DNA of 64,000 bases from Methanoregula sp. (lineage in GTDB: Archaea; Halobacteriota; Methanomicrobia; Methanomicrobiales; Methanospirillaceae), in the NCBI RefSeq assembly GCF_049510915.1, contig NZ_JBEKYN010000001.1, one strand, 5' to 3'. The notes beneath the pieces are model-generated. The model worked only from the letters and a program-made list of their open reading frames with translations. It was not told the origin of the DNA and searched no databases. How positions within the stretch are numbered: position 1 is the stretch's first letter; each line of letters starts with the position of its first letter. This document shows positions 59,212 through 64,000 of the stretch, piece after piece. Made by a program: the position numbers and the translations under genes.

Positions 59212-59868
59212 TTATTCCTCCTCCCAGCCGTACTTCCCGATGAGCGGCACAAACCGGACGCCTCCATGGTGCTCCTCCGTGAACCGGTCCCCGTGTCGTT
59301 CGATTACGACAAGATCCTGGAGTGAGCGGCCGCCCACAGGGGCAACAAGCCGTCCCCCTTCTGCGAGCTGTGCTTTGAGCGGATCTGGTATTTCGGGTGT
59401 TGCGGCCGTGATGATGATCCCATTGTACGGGGCGGACGGAGGATACCCAAGCGTCCCGTCACCAAGAATAATCTCCACGTTATCCGCACGGACTGCCACA
59501 AGGTTGGCGTGTGCATGTGCTGCAACCTTTTCAATGCGTTCTATTGTAATCACCTTTCGTACGAGGGTCGACAGGATCGCTGCCTGGTATCCGCTTCCCG
59601 CCCCGATCTCAAGCACGATGTCCATAGACGTCGGACGTATAAGTTCGGTCATGAGCGCCACGATGTAAGGCTGGGAGATGGTCTGCCCATTTCCGATCGG
59701 CAAGGGTGTATCCGCGTATGCATCGCGGTCATAGGGACTCGGGACAAAAATGTGACGGGGCACATCCCGTAGCGCGGCGAGGACCCGTGGGTCGCTGATG
59801 CCCCGTGCCGCGATCTGCAGATCCACCATCCTGCGGCGCTCGTCCGATCGCGGGTACGGGAGTGTCAT
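59212..59868 (-). CDS. pcm: Protein-L-isoaspartate O-methyltransferase
   Basis: VPRHIFVP, ISQPYIVA and LEIGAGSGYQAA motifs. Start moved to ATG 59868, just after the sufB stop. Confidence 0.9.
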   Translation of the reverse strand: MTLPYPRSDERRRMVDLQIAARGISDPRVLAALRDVPRHIFVPSPYDRDAYADTPLPIGNGQTISQPYIVALMTELIRPTSMDIVLEIGAGSGYQAAILSTLVRKVITIERIEKVAAHAHANLVAVRADNVEIILGDGTLGYPPSAPYNGIIITAATPEIPDPLKAQLAEGGRLVAPVGGRSLQDLVVIERHGDRFTEEHHGGVRFVPLIGKYGWEEE

Positions 59869-59887
59869 GGATCTTGCGAAAAAGGAC

Positions 59888-60991
59888 CTAGAACCCTGCC
59901 TTCTCTGCCACGTCGATGGTGGCATCGATCTGTTTCTGGAGCGCGTCGGGAAGACCGGCGATCTTGACGTCAAGGAACCCCCGGATGATCGTCGCGGTGG
60001 CCTCGTCTTCGTCAAGCCCCCGGGACATCAGGTACTCGATCTCTTCCTGTGCCAGTTTGCCGACCGCCGCTTCATGGGAGAGCTCGGTGCCGACAACCAT
60101 CCCGACGATCTCCGGGATAGCGTGAATGATACCGTCTTTGAGGATCAGGCCCTTGCATTCGAGATGCCCCCGGGTGCCGGCGGATTTACCCTGGATATCG
60201 CCCCGGGATATGATCGTCCCGCCTCTCGTGATTGCACGGGTGATCAGTTCCGCACTTGCGCCTTTCGCCTCAAGGATCGCCCGCGAACCAACATCGATGT
60301 ACGAGGTGGGTGACGCGATGGCAATCGTCGAGAACCGGGCGACCGAGTTTTCACCTTTTAAGGTCGCTGTCGGGTACATCTGGACCTTTTTGACCGGCTG
60401 CATACAGACGTAGTTTGACAGGAAAACACCATTCTCCTCCACAATGGACGCGCTACGGGGAAAGACCTCGATATTCTCCGTCCATGTGTGGATCATGGTG
60501 AAACTGATCTTCGCGTTCTTTTTGACGTAGAACTCAGACACCCCGTAGTGTGCGGCTCCTGCGCCCACATGTCCGCCGCTCGTGCAGCCCGAGATGATGT
60601 GGAGTTCCGCGCCTTCCTCAGCGATGATGATGTTGTGGACGTGCTGGATCGTCTCGCGCCCGAGGTAGAGACAGGCTTGGATAGGGAGGATGTTGCTTGA
60701 GCCTTTATGTGCAATGATTACGTAACCTTTCGGGTCGTTCTGTGCGGCAACGTACTTCGTGATCTCGTCTTTATCCTTTGAGACTGCCTTCCAGACATAT
60801 TCCTGTAACCAGTCATGCTTCTCCATTGCTTTTTTATAGGAAAGGACCTCGATGCCCTCCTGACTGCACTCCGCATCGACAACCTCCTGATTCATCTGGA
60901 GGTAACTGCCACATCGGTTCTCCATGGAGAGGTCGATCCCCGACTGGGCGAGACGTTCCTGGTCCTCCTTTGAGATGCCCGGTGTATTCAT
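59888..60991 (-). CDS. sufB: Fe-S cluster assembly protein SufB/SufD family
   Basis: Beta-helix core and the C-terminal ...GTELSHEAAVGKL motif. Start chosen at ATG 60991, forming an ATGA overlap with the sufC stop. Confidence 0.88.
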   Translation of the reverse strand: MNTPGISKEDQERLAQSGIDLSMENRCGSYLQMNQEVVDAECSQEGIEVLSYKKAMEKHDWLQEYVWKAVSKDKDEITKYVAAQNDPKGYVIIAHKGSSNILPIQACLYLGRETIQHVHNIIIAEEGAELHIISGCTSGGHVGAGAAHYGVSEFYVKKNAKISFTMIHTWTENIEVFPRSASIVEENGVFLSNYVCMQPVKKVQMYPTATLKGENSVARFSTIAIASPTSYIDVGSRAILEAKGASAELITRAITRGGTIISRGDIQGKSAGTRGHLECKGLILKDGIIHAIPEIVGMVVGTELSHEAAVGKLAQEEIEYLMSRGLDEDEATATIIRGFLDVKIAGLPDALQKQIDATIDVAEKAGF

Positions 60992-61719
60992 GCGTGAGGA
61001 CATTCCACACACTCCCTGTACCCGCGCTGCTTGATGTCTTTTAAGATCTCGCGGGGATTCCCGTGGCACTTGATCATGCCGTCGCACATCACGTGCCCCT
61101 TGTCCGCGTCAAGGTAATCGAGAATGAATCCCGTGTGGGTGATCACGAGGCCGCTTTTCGCCCGCTTTACGATCCGTTTTTCCTTTTCGAGCAGGGCCCC
61201 GATGGCGTTCCCGATCAAAGAGATATTTTCAAGGTCGACCCCGCTCTCCGGCTCGTCGAGCATCACAAACTCCGGGTTCTGGATCATCAGCTGGAGCACC
61301 TCGCTCCTCTTGATCTCCCCGCCCGAGAATCCCTTGTTGATATCCCGTTCAAGGAATGCACCCATGTGCACCGATTTGGCAAGGCCCGGGATGTCCACGG
61401 TCTTGTCATGCGAGATGGCCGTGAGGAGCTTCCCCAGTTTAAGCCCTGATATGGTGGGCGGGCGCTGGAAGAGCATCCCGATCCCGCGTTTGGACCGTTC
61501 GTCGGCGTGCATCGCAGTCACGTCCTCCCCGTTGAAGAGGATGGTTCCTTTGGTGATTTTGTAATTTGAAAAACCCATCAGTGCCATAAGAAGCGTGGTC
61601 TTTCCGGAGCCGTTCGGGCCCATGAGCACATGGGTCTCCCCGGCGCCGATATGGAGGTCGATACCGTGCAGCACCTCTTTGTCACCGACGTTCACATGAA
61701 GGTCTTCGATGTCCAGCAT
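60988..61719 (-). CDS. sufC: Fe-S cluster assembly ATPase SufC
   Basis: Walker A GPNGSGKTT, signature FSGGEIKRSE and Walker B FVMLDEPESG. Start chosen at ATG 61719 (MLDIEDLHVNV); the ORF-track start is 61755. Confidence 0.93.
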   Translation of the reverse strand: MLDIEDLHVNVGDKEVLHGIDLHIGAGETHVLMGPNGSGKTTLLMALMGFSNYKITKGTILFNGEDVTAMHADERSKRGIGMLFQRPPTISGLKLGKLLTAISHDKTVDIPGLAKSVHMGAFLERDINKGFSGGEIKRSEVLQLMIQNPEFVMLDEPESGVDLENISLIGNAIGALLEKEKRIVKRAKSGLVITHTGFILDYLDADKGHVMCDGMIKCHGNPREILKDIKQRGYRECVECPHA

Positions 61720-61823
61720 ACGATTAACCGCATCAGTGTATGTCGATGTCTGCATTAAACGCTTTTTACTGTGCTAAGGGGGAGGGACGGGCCCCGGGAA
61801 TGCGGCCGCCCCGCCCGCTCCCT

Positions 61824-62075
61824 GAGATCGATCGGTCCGACCAGTTTTTCTGCGGAGTGAGAGGTAGGGGGGGAGGGGGGCTACCTTTGATCCTGCTGTA
61901 CGATCGGTCGCCCCGACCAATGTTCATGATCGGTCGGTCCGGCCTCTCATCAAGTACGATCGGGGCGACCACTCCGTTCCGTCTGAACCTTCAGTGGAAG
62001 AGAAGGTTACGGCACTGGAAAAAAAGAGGTCGCCCCGACCGATTTTGAGATTGATCGGTCCGACCAATTTTTTTG
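61824..62075. repeat. Cluster of short palindromic repeats GATCGGTC-N(1-5)-GACC(A/G)AT
   Basis: GAGATCGATCGGTCCGACCAGTTTTTC (61824-61850) and GAGATTGATCGGTCCGACCAATTTTTTTG (62047-62075) are near-identical direct repeats. Related copies are GTACGATCGGTCGCCCCGACCAATG (61898-61922), GATCGGTCGGTCCGGCC (61928-61944), GTACGATCGGGGCGACCAC (61954-61972) and GGTCGCCCCGACCGATTTTG (62028-62047). Confidence 0.8.
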
Positions 62076-62267
62076 GGGGTGGGGGTGGGTGATCGTGTTG
62101 AGGGGGGTCTATATGCATCATCCGTCTCCCGCGCCCTCCCATTCAGCTAACCTCCGGGTTATACCCATCCGGCCCCATTCCAGCCTCCGATTCCCAGAAT
62201 AACTACCAAAATATTCGAATCTATCGCAGGCTATATAATCTCCCTTATCATTTTTAGAATAATCACC

Positions 62268-62504
62268 ATGAGCCTGGAGTTCTGCACGAAGGTTATGAGG
62301 AAGCTCGCGAAGATCGGGTACCAGAAGAAGGTCGCCCGCCGCATCGCGAAGATCTGCTTTGTCCTCATGACCCTGACCTGCGGCCTCTTCGGGCTCTTTG
62401 AGAAGGGAAAAGCACCGATCTACCTGATTGCCGGTGCCGGGGCAGTATCAGCGGGTGCCCGGGCCGGGATCTTTTCGCCCGCCATCTCTTTTATACGTCG
62501 TTGA
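62268..62504 (+). CDS. Hypothetical small membrane protein
   Basis: 78-aa ORF with a basic N-terminus and two hydrophobic segments. No family recognised. Confidence 0.3.
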   Translation: MSLEFCTKVMRKLAKIGYQKKVARRIAKICFVLMTLTCGLFGLFEKGKAPIYLIAGAGAVSAGARAGIFSPAISFIRR

Positions 62505-62700
62505 CCGCCGGTCCGGTCGTCACTGATTTGTCATACATGACAGCGTAAGCTCCAGCGATCATCCCCGCCGCTCGGGATGATTCTGCACCGGGCCGGCGTT
62601 ATGACCTCTCCAGGCGAGCGGATGCGCTTGCCTTCCGGCACTCATGAGAATACCCCGGCCCGGGGTCACCGGGCATTACCCACAATGGAGGAATAACCCT

Positions 62701-63210
62701 ATGGAGACCATAACCACTGAACAGGACGTGATTGCGCCGGGTGCGATTGCATCCGGTGCCTCGTACAGCAACCGGATTAACCCCTGCGGGATCGTCGCAG
62801 GTGAGACAACCCTCATTATCCGGACCGAAAAGGGAGGTGAACTGACCCTTGGCCCGGAGAACTACACCCGCTGCAATGCGATCATCATTGATTCGATGCG
62901 CATCTTGGAATGCCTCAGATACCTGCCGGTGCTCGTGCGCAAGTCAAGGATCCCCCTCGACCTTATCGGGCTCCGGGCGGACGGGGCACTCATTATCGAG
63001 GTGGTCCGCTCCCGCACACCCCTGCCGGATGCGCCCACGGTCCTGCGGCAGTGCAGGAAGGAGGTCGATTACCTCCGGGAGATGAAATCCCCGTCGCAGG
63101 CCCGGAAGATGCTCTGGGTCTATTCGCCCCAGTGCCGGTGGAGGTTCTACGATGTGTTCCCCGGCGGTATCTGGCTGGCGAAGGATATGATGGAGGGAGA
63201 TGGGAAATGA
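62701..63210 (+). CDS. Hypothetical protein with a possible PD-(D/E)xK nuclease-like core
   Basis: LDLIGLRADGALIIEVVRSR resembles the D...E-x-K strand pair of Hjc/restriction-endonuclease folds; this is weak and by eye only. Start set at ATG 62701 (METITTEQD). Confidence 0.45.
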   Translation: METITTEQDVIAPGAIASGASYSNRINPCGIVAGETTLIIRTEKGGELTLGPENYTRCNAIIIDSMRILECLRYLPVLVRKSRIPLDLIGLRADGALIIEVVRSRTPLPDAPTVLRQCRKEVDYLREMKSPSQARKMLWVYSPQCRWRFYDVFPGGIWLAKDMMEGDGK

Positions 63211-63518
63211 AAGATACTTTTTTCTTTGTACTCTTGGGGGCTGTCGCCCCCGCCGCACTGGCATACCCGTGTAGCGACGACTCGCGAGAAGAGAATACAG
63301 AAATTGGCAATTTGTACCAAAGCGATTCGTGTTGTTCGTTCGATTGCCCAAAAGAAACGGAAATAATCCCGTTTCTCTCGGGATTTACGAAAAAATTAGG
63401 CGTATTGAGAATCCTTGCAGCAAGTGGTTATGAGAAAAGTGCGCCAATTTTTCACTATAATTTTTACACATTCTGTCTAAACTTATCCACCCATCGTTGT
63501 GCAGCTAATGCGATATAA
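63207..63518 (+). CDS. Hypothetical small secreted Cys-containing protein
   Basis: ATGA overlap with the preceding stop. Signal-peptide-like MKDTFFFVLLGAVAPAALAYPC. The 3' end overlaps the convergent repeat-protein gene by 55 nt, which lowers confidence. Confidence 0.3.
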   Translation: MKDTFFFVLLGAVAPAALAYPCSDDSREENTEIGNLYQSDSCCSFDCPKETEIIPFLSGFTKKLGVLRILAASGYEKSAPIFHYNFYTFCLNLSTHRCAANAI

Positions 63519-64000
63519 TCCTCACCGGAAACTGCAGATGCCCCCGTCCATAATCCAAACTTTGCGGCCTTCTTACACACCATTATAAGGACCTCTCCTA
63601 TAGACAAAACTGTTCCTTTTAGTCCTCTAGTCGCGGCATTCACACCAACAAGTACAAGACCTGGAACTATCTTCTCAATTGCATATTCTAGTTCTTTATC
63701 AGCAGCATGTTCCCCAATCGTCCCAAGTGACTTGGCCACCGCCATAATAGCTTCCACGAGGCCATTAACACTGGAACGCCTAAAGACCTGTTCAAGGGCA
63801 TCGGCTATACAGCCTGTTGCTTTCTCGAATCCATTATCAGCAGCATGAACACCAATCTTCCCAAGAGCCTCAGCTACCCGGCAAGTTGCATCCTCCAGTC
63901 TTTTATCAGCGGCATGGATACCGACAGTCTCAAGGGCTTCAGCCACTTGGTCAGTTAAATCCTCCAGTCCAATATCAACAGTATGAATACCAATTTTCCC
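63464..64000 (-). CDS. Alpha-helical repeat protein with 23-aa tandem repeats (5' end beyond the window)
   Basis: At least seven consecutive 23-residue units of type AEALGKIGVHAADNGFEKATGCI. The frame stays open to the right window edge (…GKIGIHTVDIGLEDLTDQV precedes the listed Met). Confidence 0.6.
   Translation of the reverse strand, partial: GKIGIHTVDIGLEDLTDQVAEALETVGIHAADKRLEDATCRVAEALGKIGVHAADNGFEKATGCIADALEQVFRRSSVNGLVEAIMAVAKSLGTIGEHAADKELEYAIEKIVPGLVLVGVNAATRGLKGTVLSIGEVLIMVCKKAAKFGLWTGASAVSGEDYIALAAQRWVDKFRQNV

Noticed and set aside
61740-62142. ORFs 61740-62048 (plus), 61766-61972 and 61924-62142 (minus) as genes
   Set aside because: They translate the palindromic repeats and G-runs (DRSDQF, DRSPRP and GGGG/PPPP stretches) and overlap each other. 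They are not credible proteins.

Overview
G+C-rich, densely coding euryarchaeal chromosome segment. Gene content points to a Methanomicrobiales-type methanogen: thermosome, F420H2-oxidase-type flavodiiron protein FprA, MJ0107-like pterin-binding protein, Kae1-Bud32 fusion, AglB and archaeal ribosomal/transcription genes. No rRNA, CRISPR array, transposase or integrase was seen.

Recognisable blocks:
- Thermosome (681-2336).
- Four-subunit 2-oxoacid:ferredoxin oxidoreductase operon (4817-7590).
- K+ channel and KhtT/CPA2 antiporter pair (9044-11501).
- RibL-JAMM pair (12930-13744).
- Mercury-methylation pair hgcA-hgcB, flanked by arsC and a divergent arsR (22594-24984).
- cbiA-like amidase (25249-26604).
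- Complete trpEGDCFBA operon (27286-33713).
- Radical-SAM/SPASM gene with two small Cys-rich ORFs (35239-36969).
- Methyltransferase interrupted by an in-frame TGA (37073-37906).
- tRNA-Val and tRNA-Gly (39386-39533).
- Conserved archaeal information-processing cluster: L40e, RdgB, Kae1-Bud32, S27ae, S24e, DUF359, Spt4, RpoE', PIN, aIF2-gamma (41541-47444).
- N-glycosylation / UDP-GlcNAc cluster: aglB, GT, acetyltransferase, glmS, two glmU-like genes, glmM (48077-57914).
- pcm and sufCB (59212-61719).

The most unusual signals are non-coding:
- A 1.5-kb gene-free island (15022-16558). It holds about 30 degenerate A/T-tract plus CG-clamp units, with perfect palindromes, flanked by G+C-rich hairpin motifs.
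- A 0.5-kb island upstream of sufC (61756-62267), packed with GATCGGTC-N-GACC palindromic repeats and G-runs.

All functional calls come from reading the translated ORFs against remembered family motifs. No database search was run.
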